In this document: positions 25,852-35,900 of the stretch, one piece after another
How the letters are laid out: every line of letters begins with the position of its first letter
Numbering within the stretch: position 1 is the stretch's first letter
IMG/VR virus record: IMGVR_UViG_3300008110_000072
Location: 1,086-65,085 of that record
Source: a virus
Taxonomy: Duplodnaviria; Caudoviricetes
Length of the DNA stretch: 64,000 nucleotides
Reading direction: 5' to 3' (one strand)
Made by a program: the position numbers and the translations under genes
Notes under the pieces: model-generated
What the model saw: only the letters and a program-made list of their open reading frames with translations
The model's database searches: none
Told to the model about the DNA's origin: nothing

Positions 25852-27588
25852 ATGGCAGAAGATTTATCAGCATTAGAACTTGTCCCAAGGGGTGTAGAAG
25901 GAACCGGAAAAGCTGTAGTTCTTGGGAATGAGCCTGTAGTACAGAGCTTAGCCAGATTATCCAGCAGAATGGATAATCTACAAAGGCTCAAGCTATATGC
26001 GGACGCAAAAAGGGCGCAGGCAAAACAAAAGGAAGTAAAACAAGAATACGACAAAACTCCGTTCCCAGTTGGAGCAATTGAGGGCGGCGTGCTTGGCGGG
26101 TGGAATACAGCCGAAACAGAAAAAACGCTAAATAATTTATTGCAGCAGTTTCAATCAAAAAACCCAACAGAAAAACAACCAATTATAACAAAGTTTGGAC
26201 TTGAGCAGGCAAAGCAGAATTCGTATGTAAAAAATGTAAATGCTGCACTTCCAAAAGTTCAGGACGATATATACAAACTTGGATATAACACCGGGACAAC
26301 CGAGTTGGCTAATGCGGAAAAAGCATATCTGCAAAGCATGGATGTTGCGGCTAATCAATATGCACGAGAAAATAATATTACTGACCCTGATGAGATACGG
26401 AAACTAAGAAACAATTTAGTTGTTCAAAACAACTTTGTTGATTTCTATGCTAACAGGGTAAAAACAAATCCAGAAAACATCGACCTAAATCGTTTTGGCA
26501 AACGCATATACGATGTGCTTGGAGAAACAAGCAGGCAGGTGATTATGCCGGATGGAACAGGGATGTCGATTAACAGAAATAATCTGCTCACGGAAAAAGG
26601 CAATTTAGATACAGAAAAATTAAAGCTTGCAATCAATGCAGATAGCGAGGATAGCCGCATGTTCAATTTGGCTACTACGCAGTATTTAAAATCAGCAGCT
26701 AATACAACAGGAGATAAAAAAGCTGCTGATGCTGTAAAGGCATTGTTTGACAACAATTTTGATTTAAATAAACTAAGCACAGACGAGCAAAACCTTATAT
26801 CAAATAAGGTGATGCCAGCAGCGCAAAACGCTGTATTGCAAAGGATGTTTGCAGGAAAGGGCAAATTTGAAACAAAGAGCGACCTGCTGTCTACAAAACA
26901 AAGGGAGTTTGACATTGAATTAGGCAAGGCAAAGGCTGGAGAAACTTCCTCATATGGACCTATGACTGTTACGGTGACAACAAAAGCCGTTACGCAAGGA
27001 CCAAGTGGGCCTGTTGTTCAAAAAGATGCAAGCGGTAGAGATGTCGTGCTTGAGCTTCCAAACATTAATCTTGGAAATGTTCAAACAAAAACGCTCACCG
27101 GGTCAAACAAGTTTAGGTTTAACACAGGAAGTCGAATGTATTTCACAGGAGCAGTGTCCGATAAAAACAAAGCATTGCTTGGTAAGCCATCGCCAACGGG
27201 AAGCTATTTGTCGTTCCAGCCGTTTGAAACCTCAAATGCATCTGTAATAGAAAACGATGTATACGCAACGCAGGCCAATCCGGAATTTAAAGCAACATCA
27301 GGGAAAGTGTTTAATCTTCCAAAGGGAACAATTGTAAATGCGGGTACATATGGTGCTAAGCCCATAGGAAGAAGATTAGCCCTTATTGACGCAGATGATT
27401 ATATAAAAACCCTTAACGAAAGAGACCAAGAAAAAATCCGTAAAAGCGGCGAAGATTTCAAGGGTGTAAAAATTATTATTAGCACAGATGACAATCCGCA
27501 ATTCCTTTCTAAGTTTGACGGACAGTATTCCACTCCAAAAAAAACCCAAGCAAATAGAAGTATTACGCGTTTAAAAAATATAAAGTGA
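25852..27588 (+). CDS. Putative internal virion (ejection) protein
   Basis: 578 aa helical, precedes the giant proteins. Confidence 0.5.
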   Translation: MAEDLSALELVPRGVEGTGKAVVLGNEPVVQSLARLSSRMDNLQRLKLYADAKRAQAKQKEVKQEYDKTPFPVGAIEGGVLGGWNTAETEKTLNNLLQQFQSKNPTEKQPIITKFGLEQAKQNSYVKNVNAALPKVQDDIYKLGYNTGTTELANAEKAYLQSMDVAANQYARENNITDPDEIRKLRNNLVVQNNFVDFYANRVKTNPENIDLNRFGKRIYDVLGETSRQVIMPDGTGMSINRNNLLTEKGNLDTEKLKLAINADSEDSRMFNLATTQYLKSAANTTGDKKAADAVKALFDNNFDLNKLSTDEQNLISNKVMPAAQNAVLQRMFAGKGKFETKSDLLSTKQREFDIELGKAKAGETSSYGPMTVTVTTKAVTQGPSGPVVQKDASGRDVVLELPNINLGNVQTKTLTGSNKFRFNTGSRMYFTGAVSDKNKALLGKPSPTGSYLSFQPFETSNASVIENDVYATQANPEFKATSGKVFNLPKGTIVNAGTYGAKPIGRRLALIDADDYIKTLNERDQEKIRKSGEDFKGVKIIISTDDNPQFLSKFDGQYSTPKKTQANRSITRLKNIK

Positions 27589-27589
27589 T

Positions 27590-30500
27590 ATGGCCGAAAA
27601 AGTCGAAGAACAGGTGGTAGCACAAAGCGAGGGGGATGGCAAAAAAGTCGCCCCTAAGTCCAATGAGCAAATTGGGGAGGAGAATCGTATAGGGTTGTAT
27701 AATGAAATCCTTAAATTAAAAGAACCCGGCTTTAGTGATGAGTATAAAAAGATAGGCTATAAGAAGTTTAATAGCTTGCTACAAAACGACAGGCAGTTCC
27801 AATCCGATTTGCTTGCCGACCTTAACGACCGTGGATTTAATATCAATCCGGAAAACTTTACAGCAGCATATACAAAACAAGCTCCTGTAGCTGTATACGA
27901 TTTTAGCAAAACCCAAGAAGCAACGCCCGCGCCGGAAGTAACCAAAGAAGACGAAGGCTTTTTTGGCACTGTTAAAAACATGGCAAAATGGGCATACAAT
28001 TACGGAAAGGACTTTTATAAAACAGTAAAAAGAGACATATACACAGGACAGGCGCAAAGCGGGGCGCAGGTTGAGGATTTTCTCGCGGGCAAGGTTGATA
28101 CCGACAATCTTGCCCATTATCTTAAAAAGGCACACGAAGTCGGTAATATTCAAATTGAAGCAGAATACGCAAAAGACGAAGGCGCATTAAAAGATGCCGG
28201 AGACTTTATTGCAATGCTTGGCCCCGCAATAGTTGGGTCGTTTTCAAGCATGGCTGCAGCAGGATGGAAAAAAATGGCTGGAATTACAGCGGCTGGAGCT
28301 GGAGCCGGAGCAGCATATGGAGCCACAGCTGGAGCGGCAGCGGGTGGTGTTGGCGCTGCCCCCGGTGCATTAGCCGGGGCAATAACGGGAGCGGGTCGTG
28401 GCGCTCAAACAGCAATGGTGCAACAAGGATATAACCTTGAATTTGTTGGAAGCGTTATAGATGAGCTAACCGAAAAAGGAGCAATCAATCCAGATGCGGA
28501 TGAAAAAACGCTGAAAAAACAATTAGATGCTGCGTTTGCAAATAAGGAATTGATGAAGCCCATATACGAGAAGGCCAACACAAGGGCTGGAATAATTATG
28601 GGCGTTGATGTTCTTGCGTCAGGTATTGGCGGCAAGGTGGTGGGAACCCTTCGCAGAGCAGCCATGTCAAAACCAGTTGCCAGAACAACTATTGGGCGTG
28701 TTCTACAGCAGTCTGCACAAGCGGCAGCTCAATCAGCTCCTGCACGGGTGGCTGTTAAAATGGCTGAACGCGCAGCGGATGTGGGCGCAAAGTTTGCTAA
28801 AACAAAAGTGGGCAAGTCTGTTGATGCGTTAGATGTTTTGGATATAGCATCTGGTGCTGGAGGGGAAGCATTAGCTCAGCTTAAAACTGAAGGCAAAATA
28901 GATTGGAAAGAGGTGGCTCTGGAAGGGGGCGCAGAGGGTAGCTATATAAAAGCATTGCGTGCGCTTGGAGACATTGGAAATAGGAAACAAGAGTTATTAG
29001 GATTGCCACAAGCACGCACGCCAGAGGCGCTTCCAAGCGGTCCAGACAAGGAGTTTGGCCCAGTAACGCAAGAAGAGTTTGATGCGTATAGAAAAGGCAA
29101 TATAACTCCTGAGCGAGCTGCTGGTATAACAACAGATGTTGATATAGCCATTGAAGACCCTTCGCACTTAGAAAAGCTTAAAACAGAAAATCCGTTATAT
29201 GCAGAGATGGTGACAGATGCTTTTAACAAGCATATTGTCGCTGTAGAAAATCAAAAGCTATATAATGTAGCCCTTGACGATGTAGCAGAGCTTCATGGCA
29301 AAACTGCAGAAGATGTAAAGGCTGCAATCACACCAAATACGCCTACATTCAATCAAAAGATTGCAGACGATTTTAGAAATAGTTTTAGTGTCCTACAAAA
29401 ACAATACAGAGAGAAAGCGCAAAATGATAGTGAAAACGCAGCAGGGGTATCAGGTGAAGGCGGAATCGGGACGAAACCTGAGCAAGCCCAATCTCAGCAA
29501 GGAGCAGGCCAAGAAGCGGCTGGCGATGGTGGAATATTTCAAGAGGCGGAAGGGGAAGCAAGGTTAGCTGAAATAGACGAGCTGCTTGCCGATGATGACG
29601 CATTTTTTGCAGAAAACAACGATAGGCTTCTTAGCCCGGAAGAGCGAGCAGACCTTGTAAAAGAAAGGGAAAGCATAGCCGGACCACAAGCGGCTGCACC
29701 TACGGGCCTTTCTACGGGAGCAACGCCAGCGGCAGCTCCGGCAGAAGTTGTGACAGGTGCTACCCCAGCAAAGGGGGGCGCAGTAGCTTCGGCAACTCCC
29801 GTGCAACAAGCTGCTTCGTCCGCTGCTCCAGTAACTTCTGTTCCAACAGCAGGGGTAAAAAAAGAGGTAAAGGTTGATGAAAACGAAAGAAACGAATATG
29901 GGCAGCTTATTAATTTGCCAAAAATTGAAAAATCAGGACAAGTCGAAACCGCTTCTCTTAATATTGAAAAAGGAGTTTTTACATCAAACAAATCATATGT
30001 TCCTTCATCATACGATGTTATAAAACTTGAAATTTCAAAGGATGGGAAAACGGCTTTGTTTACGGTAGACACCTCAATGAAGCGTGGCATAGGTGACCTT
30101 CAAACAAATTTAGGAGGACTTAATCCTTTTGTATCGTATAGAAAAGTTGGTGGTGATGTATTTGGAATAGAAAATGTAGAACCCGGAGTAGCCGAAAAAC
30201 AACAAGATGGTTCTTGGAAGGTGATTCGTAAGGGTGCTGTAAATATCACTGGAAGAAAAAATGTTACAGAAAAAAACAGAGAAGGAGAGGCGGAATCTCC
30301 TTGGACCCCTGAACTATTAGCAAAAAGGTATAAACCGCAAGCCGTTGCTGCTCCTACAGAGGAAACAAAAGAAACTGAGGCCGTATCAGAAACCGCAGCT
30401 CCAACCCCAGAGCAAAGAGCTGAATATGGACTTGAGCCATTGCGTCCAACTTATAGAGGTGCTTCTATGGCAGAATGGCAAGAAGTGCAGGGGGGTAAGA

Positions 30501-32407
30501 AGTTTAGCAGCAAAGAGGGGTTTGGCGATAACGAGGCGAATGTAACATGGGTTACAGACAATAAGGAATATAGCCAACAGCAATTGGAGAAAAACGATGA
30601 TGGCGTATTAATCGAGTTCAAGCCAGAAGCTATTGATAAAAGTAGTGTTGAAAGCGGTCAGCAAGGGGATGAAACCGGAGTGAGGCTTGGAAGAGACTTG
30701 GATATAAACGATGTTTTGCGTGTCACCGATAAAAACGGAAATGTTATATACGAAGCTACGGCAGCAGTAGAAACCGCAGCTCCAACCGAAACGGGGACAA
30801 AGCCATCAAAAAAGGCAAAGCCAACTCCAGCAAAACCTGCCGCAGGGCCATCTACAGAAGCCGCAGCAAAGCCCGCTGCAAAAGAAATTAAAGCAGCCGA
30901 TGTAGAAGTGCGGAAGGGTAAGACACATGCCACAGATGGCGTATACGAAGCCGTATACAAAAACAAAGTGATTGGCAAGCTGCGCTTCAATAAAGAAAAG
31001 AAAGTGTGGGAGGATTTGTCCGGAGACGAGTTTGCTGCTAAGAAAGATGCGGTGGGCAAGTTTGTGCTTCAGTATAACATGAAGCAGGAAGGGAAAGAAA
31101 CGCCTACAACAAAAAAGCCTGCAGTGAAAAAAGAAAAAGCAGGCGCAGTTAAAGAAGAGGAAATCCCAGTGGTGGAGGCTGAGGTGGTGGAGGAAGAAAC
31201 TACACCAGAAGGGGAAACGAAAGAAGGGCTTGGTGTAATTCCTACATTGGTTAAAAGTGATTACGACAGAAGTGGGGACCTCACCGATGCTGGGTTTGAA
31301 AAAGCTACACGAATCCTAAAAGGCATAATTGATAAAGTAGCTGCAAAAGCTGGATTGCCACCTAAGAGAATTTACGAGGCATTTGATATGACCTCAGATG
31401 GCAAGAAATACATCAGCATGGAAAAAGGAATCAGAGAGGTTCAGGTAACAAATTTCAAGGATGTAGTAACAGCCGTTAAACGGATAGCATTTGATGCATT
31501 CCCCGGCAAGGAGGATGAACTTAACGAGCAAATCAATAAACATGTAGACGAGTTTTATGATGCGCATTTAGAGGGCAGAGACTTTGAAAGAAATCCCGCG
31601 CTGAATAAAGTGTTAAGGGTTATAAATGATATAAATGATATATGGGCCGGAACGGTAGCAAAAGCAGAAGCGCTGGTTGCAAAAGGGAAGCCAGAAACAA
31701 AACCAGAAGCCAAAGGCGAAGCAAAACCCACTGGTAAAGTAGAATCAAAACCTGAACCAACCCGAATTACAACTACCGAAAAGAAAACAAATCCGTCATT
31801 TGAATCAATGATAGATTTTGAAACGGATGGGGGTGTACTTGAAATAGGCAAAAGGCCAAATGCCATCAGGTATTCTATTTTAAATCTTAAAGTAGACGAG
31901 GATAAAAGAAGGCAAGGCATAGCAACAAGATTGTTAAAAGAAGCATTAGACAGAACAAATGGTCAATTATCCGGCATGGCTGGTAATGACGGGTCTGTTG
32001 AAATGAATTATAAACTTGGAATGCGAGCTGTTGATGCTAACGGCAACTATCTTACATTACAAGAAACAAAAATTGCAAGAGCAAACAGTGCTGGTGAATC
32101 AATTTTGATGATGTTACCGGAGGACAAAAGGGGAATTGATTACAAGCCTTTTGCAAAACAAAAAACCAAAACGGCCGCAAAAACAGCAGAAACAAAGCCA
32201 GCAGAAACTGCCGCTCCTGCAAAAGTTCCATCGTTCTCCGAGTTTGATGCCATATCCGCAGACCGTAGTAAAATGAAAGAGGCTAAGGCGGCATTTATTG
32301 AAAAGCACGGGCAACTTGCATATGATGCTATGAAAGAAATATCTGCTAACTTTACGAAAATTACCAAAGCCCTTCAGGCAAAAGAAATTCTTACTAAAAA
32401 GTGTTAA
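27590..32407 (+). CDS. Giant virion/ejection protein with TM-like Gly/Ala segment, ART-like and GNAT-like domains
   Basis: GAGAGAAYGATAGAAAGG segment; TYRG..VTWVT..GVLIEF; LKVDEDKRRQGIATRLL. Confidence 0.65.
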   Translation: MAEKVEEQVVAQSEGDGKKVAPKSNEQIGEENRIGLYNEILKLKEPGFSDEYKKIGYKKFNSLLQNDRQFQSDLLADLNDRGFNINPENFTAAYTKQAPVAVYDFSKTQEATPAPEVTKEDEGFFGTVKNMAKWAYNYGKDFYKTVKRDIYTGQAQSGAQVEDFLAGKVDTDNLAHYLKKAHEVGNIQIEAEYAKDEGALKDAGDFIAMLGPAIVGSFSSMAAAGWKKMAGITAAGAGAGAAYGATAGAAAGGVGAAPGALAGAITGAGRGAQTAMVQQGYNLEFVGSVIDELTEKGAINPDADEKTLKKQLDAAFANKELMKPIYEKANTRAGIIMGVDVLASGIGGKVVGTLRRAAMSKPVARTTIGRVLQQSAQAAAQSAPARVAVKMAERAADVGAKFAKTKVGKSVDALDVLDIASGAGGEALAQLKTEGKIDWKEVALEGGAEGSYIKALRALGDIGNRKQELLGLPQARTPEALPSGPDKEFGPVTQEEFDAYRKGNITPERAAGITTDVDIAIEDPSHLEKLKTENPLYAEMVTDAFNKHIVAVENQKLYNVALDDVAELHGKTAEDVKAAITPNTPTFNQKIADDFRNSFSVLQKQYREKAQNDSENAAGVSGEGGIGTKPEQAQSQQGAGQEAAGDGGIFQEAEGEARLAEIDELLADDDAFFAENNDRLLSPEERADLVKERESIAGPQAAAPTGLSTGATPAAAPAEVVTGATPAKGGAVASATPVQQAASSAAPVTSVPTAGVKKEVKVDENERNEYGQLINLPKIEKSGQVETASLNIEKGVFTSNKSYVPSSYDVIKLEISKDGKTALFTVDTSMKRGIGDLQTNLGGLNPFVSYRKVGGDVFGIENVEPGVAEKQQDGSWKVIRKGAVNITGRKNVTEKNREGEAESPWTPELLAKRYKPQAVAAPTEETKETEAVSETAAPTPEQRAEYGLEPLRPTYRGASMAEWQEVQGGKKFSSKEGFGDNEANVTWVTDNKEYSQQQLEKNDDGVLIEFKPEAIDKSSVESGQQGDETGVRLGRDLDINDVLRVTDKNGNVIYEATAAVETAAPTETGTKPSKKAKPTPAKPAAGPSTEAAAKPAAKEIKAADVEVRKGKTHATDGVYEAVYKNKVIGKLRFNKEKKVWEDLSGDEFAAKKDAVGKFVLQYNMKQEGKETPTTKKPAVKKEKAGAVKEEEIPVVEAEVVEEETTPEGETKEGLGVIPTLVKSDYDRSGDLTDAGFEKATRILKGIIDKVAAKAGLPPKRIYEAFDMTSDGKKYISMEKGIREVQVTNFKDVVTAVKRIAFDAFPGKEDELNEQINKHVDEFYDAHLEGRDFERNPALNKVLRVINDINDIWAGTVAKAEALVAKGKPETKPEAKGEAKPTGKVESKPEPTRITTTEKKTNPSFESMIDFETDGGVLEIGKRPNAIRYSILNLKVDEDKRRQGIATRLLKEALDRTNGQLSGMAGNDGSVEMNYKLGMRAVDANGNYLTLQETKIARANSAGESILMMLPEDKRGIDYKPFAKQKTKTAAKTAETKPAETAAPAKVPSFSEFDAISADRSKMKEAKAAFIEKHGQLAYDAMKEISANFTKITKALQAKEILTKKC
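29424..29567 (+). CDS. Overprinted small basic protein MIVKTQQGYQVKAESGRNL..AKKRLAMVEYFK
   Basis: Alternative frame inside the giant gene; resembles a recurrent small phage protein type. Confidence 0.55.
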   Translation: MIVKTQQGYQVKAESGRNLSKPNLSKEQAKKRLAMVEYFKRRKGKQG

Positions 32408-32409
32408 GC

Positions 32410-32901
32410 ATGAATCTTAAATCTCTTCTTTCCTCACATGATATGGAGCTGTTAAACGAGGCGGCTCAACACGAATTATATGCAAGCAACTATTATAAAT
32501 ATGTTGCCGCTTGCATGCAGAGGGCGGGTTTATTCGGCGCACAGAAGTTTTTTGAAAAAGAATCTGGAGACGAGATTGAACACTATTATCTCCTGCGGGA
32601 TTTTGTCAATGATATGGGGGCTGAGATAGAAACTCCAGCCATTGACGAGCCAAAGCCTCTTAAAGAAGATGATTGCCTGAAGTGCGTTCTGGAGGCGGCA
32701 TACCAACTGGAGTTGGAGCTATACGAATTCTATTCAAAATTTTATACCACAGCAAAAGCCCCGGCAATACAGGTGGCGCTTATTGAGTTTGTCAATATAC
32801 AGCGCAAGTCTGTTGGGGAATATGGCGACCTTCTTGCAAGGTTTGCTAAGGCTTCGGATATATTGATTTTTGATAAAGAACTCGGAAAGCTTGCGAAATG
32901 A
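32410..32901 (+). CDS. Non-haem ferritin-like protein
   Basis: LNEAAQHELYASNYY, G..KFF..ES.DE.EH, LELE, FVNIQ..SV.E ferroxidase pattern. Confidence 0.85.
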   Translation: MNLKSLLSSHDMELLNEAAQHELYASNYYKYVAACMQRAGLFGAQKFFEKESGDEIEHYYLLRDFVNDMGAEIETPAIDEPKPLKEDDCLKCVLEAAYQLELELYEFYSKFYTTAKAPAIQVALIEFVNIQRKSVGEYGDLLARFAKASDILIFDKELGKLAK

Positions 32902-35900
32902 AAGATTGTTTATACACCCCCAAAAACTCAAAGAAGGACTACAGCTACGATGAGTTCCGCGCATATTTATTAAGGAATCATTCGTGGTGGAGCGATGTGG
33001 CAAAAGACCTTGCGCCATCTGTATTGTCGTATAAACAAGCGACAGCAGCTTCTGTATCTGCCGCCCCTACAACAGAGGGTAAACCAACGGCCACGCCCAC
33101 ATCAACTCAAACAGCTAAAAATAAGGTGGTGCTTTCTAAGACCACCCAAAGGATTAAGGCTGGGTTTGATGCGATTACAAAGGCAATGGGATTAAAGCCA
33201 AAGGTGGAGTTCTTATCTGCTGAGCAAGCAAAACAAATGCTTGCAACAAGGAACGACCTGAACAAACTAATTGCCGGATATAAAATGACACGGCAGGATT
33301 TGCAGGCCGCTATAAAGTTTGGTATTGCAAATGAATTAGAGCAGAAGGGATATTCCGCTTCAGATATTAAGTTGCAAACCGGGTGGGAGCGTGGAGCGGA
33401 CGGAGACTGGAGGTTTGAAATTGGCGATGCAAAAATTAAAAAATCAGCATTTCAAAATATTATTGAGAACAACGAATGGATGTTCGACAATTTAGAAATG
33501 GCCGAGCAAAATCCCGAAATGTTTGAAACAACTTTTAGGCTTGGGGATTTAATAGGGGCAAATAGCGAGATTTTTAAAAAATATCCCGAAGCAAAACAAC
33601 TAACGGTAGTTGTTCATCCGCTTTCTGGAGATGATGGCGGAACAGAATATGGCGATTATATACATTCAAAAAAACTCATTAACATTTATTTAAGAGGAAT
33701 GGATATAGGGGATATTACTGTAGATGATATAGAATCATCCCTAAACCACGAACTTCAACATTTTATACAAAGGCAGGAGGGATTTTCCGCGGGCAGTACG
33801 CCATCAGCATTTGAATTTGATACGCCAGTTGGTGAATCAACAAAAGATTGGGCGTGGAAGCTATATCAACATTTAGCAGGAGAAACGGAGGCAAGAAATG
33901 TTCAAAAAAGAAGGGGGATGTCTGCTGCTCAAAAGCTTGCATCATTGCTTGAGGAAACGGAAGATGTGCCACGAATCAATCAAATAAAAGGTATTAAACC
34001 AGTTGGATTATTATGGACAGAAGGTGTTGATTTTACAATTGGTCCGAATGGTGAAATTATTTCTGGTGCAAGCGAAGAGTGGGAGAGTTTTAAACAGGGC
34101 TTTAACTGGAAAGAATTTGATAGTGATTATACGGACTACGAATATTTAAAATCTCCAGATGGCAGAGTTCTTGGTTTTGTTGCAAAAACACCTGAAGGCG
34201 GCTATCAAATATATATAGACCCAACAGCAGTGGGGTCCGAAACTCCTATACATGAAATCGCTGGACATATATTCCTGCCTCTTATAAAAGAGGTGGCTCC
34301 GGAAGTATACAATCGAGGAGTGGAGCTTGTAAAAGGAAGTGAATACGAAAAGCGTTTGAAGGGGCTTGGGTATGCGTTTAAAACCAAAGAAGAAACATAT
34401 GCCGAGGCATTGGCGCAAGCAGTGGGTGATAGGGGCGCAAAGCTTACAGCGTCCTTAAAAGATAAGTTTTTGGAATGGCTTAAAACCATGTGGCAAAAGG
34501 TGGGTGATATTTTAAAGATTAATATCACTCCAGAAAAGCTACAAAGCATGAAGCTTGGGGAGTTTGCTGATTTCATTGCTGGCAGTATTGTATACGGGCA
34601 AGAGTTGTCTGAGATGGAGGCATCGCCTATGGTGGCTCCTCCCGGAAACACCTTGTTTACGCCAGAGCAGGCAGATGCGTTAATCGAGCAAAACATTAAC
34701 ACGGCCTACGAAACAGTAATCACTACAAATCCAAAGATGGCAACACTGGGCCGGGATGCATATAGAATGCAAGCAGCCAAGAAAATTGCCGACAACTACA
34801 ACAACATTATCGCTGCTATCAAGCAGGATGTTAAAGCCTACCTGACCAAAGGAGGAAGTGGTATACAGAAGTATACTGGAGCTGCTGCCGAGTTCATTAA
34901 GACAATTGCCACTGAAGTGAAAAAAGCTGCAATTATTGCAGCAATTGCTATAAGCGGAATTGTTGGAACAATGAAGGCAATGGACACCAATGCGTTTGTT
35001 GCTGCAGCTAATTCTATAAAAACGGAACTTGTAAACAGTGGAATTCTATCTCCGGCTGTTGCAAAGGAAAGTGCTACGCAAATCAAAAATGAAATAGCAA
35101 AAGCGTTTGAGGGAGCAACAGATGGCAAATCGAACAAGCCCTCTGCTCCTCCAATCGAAGCAATTGTATTTGCTGCAGCAATTCCTATTGCTACCAGAAA
35201 ACGCGTATATGCAGCTATAAAGGGCATGAACTTAGCAGATGCTAAGGAGGCCGCAACAAATGTGATGCAGCAGGATGGCGTATCTCAGGAAGATATTAAT
35301 GCTGTAAACGCACAAATTGATGAGCGGTATGGCGCTGTAAGCGATGCACAATTACTTGCTAATCACATAGAGAAGCTGCGTGCTGCGCAAAAACTTACGG
35401 CTGCTCAGGCAAAATCTTTAATGCATCATTTCAGAAACTTTCTGAATAGCGAAGAGGATTTGCAAGAAGCAATGGAGTTTGTTGATAGGCTTTCCGAGCA
35501 AAAGAACTTAATGGAAAAGCTTGCAAAAGCTAAGGTTGCCTTCCGCAAACTAAAGAGTATACGCAATAGTAAAAAGCTCACCATATACGACAAGCAACTT
35601 GCTGGGAAGCTGGCAACACCAAAATACTATCTTCTGTCTGAAGAGGAAATGGATAAGGTGATTGCAATGGCAAATGACTTCTATGATAGTCGCCTATCCA
35701 GCAAAGCGGGCAGGTATACAGCAGAGGAGATGATAAACTTCTTTGACGAGGTTGGAGCAAAAAGACCAAAAAGAACCCGCCGCACCACTGGAAGCAGGAG
35801 GGCCACCACTGTGGCTATGCTCCAGTTTTCTGTTGAACAAGCATTGGCGGATTTTGCACGCAGGTTGCCGCTTGCCGCCGAGTTGTCCCGCATGGACCTG

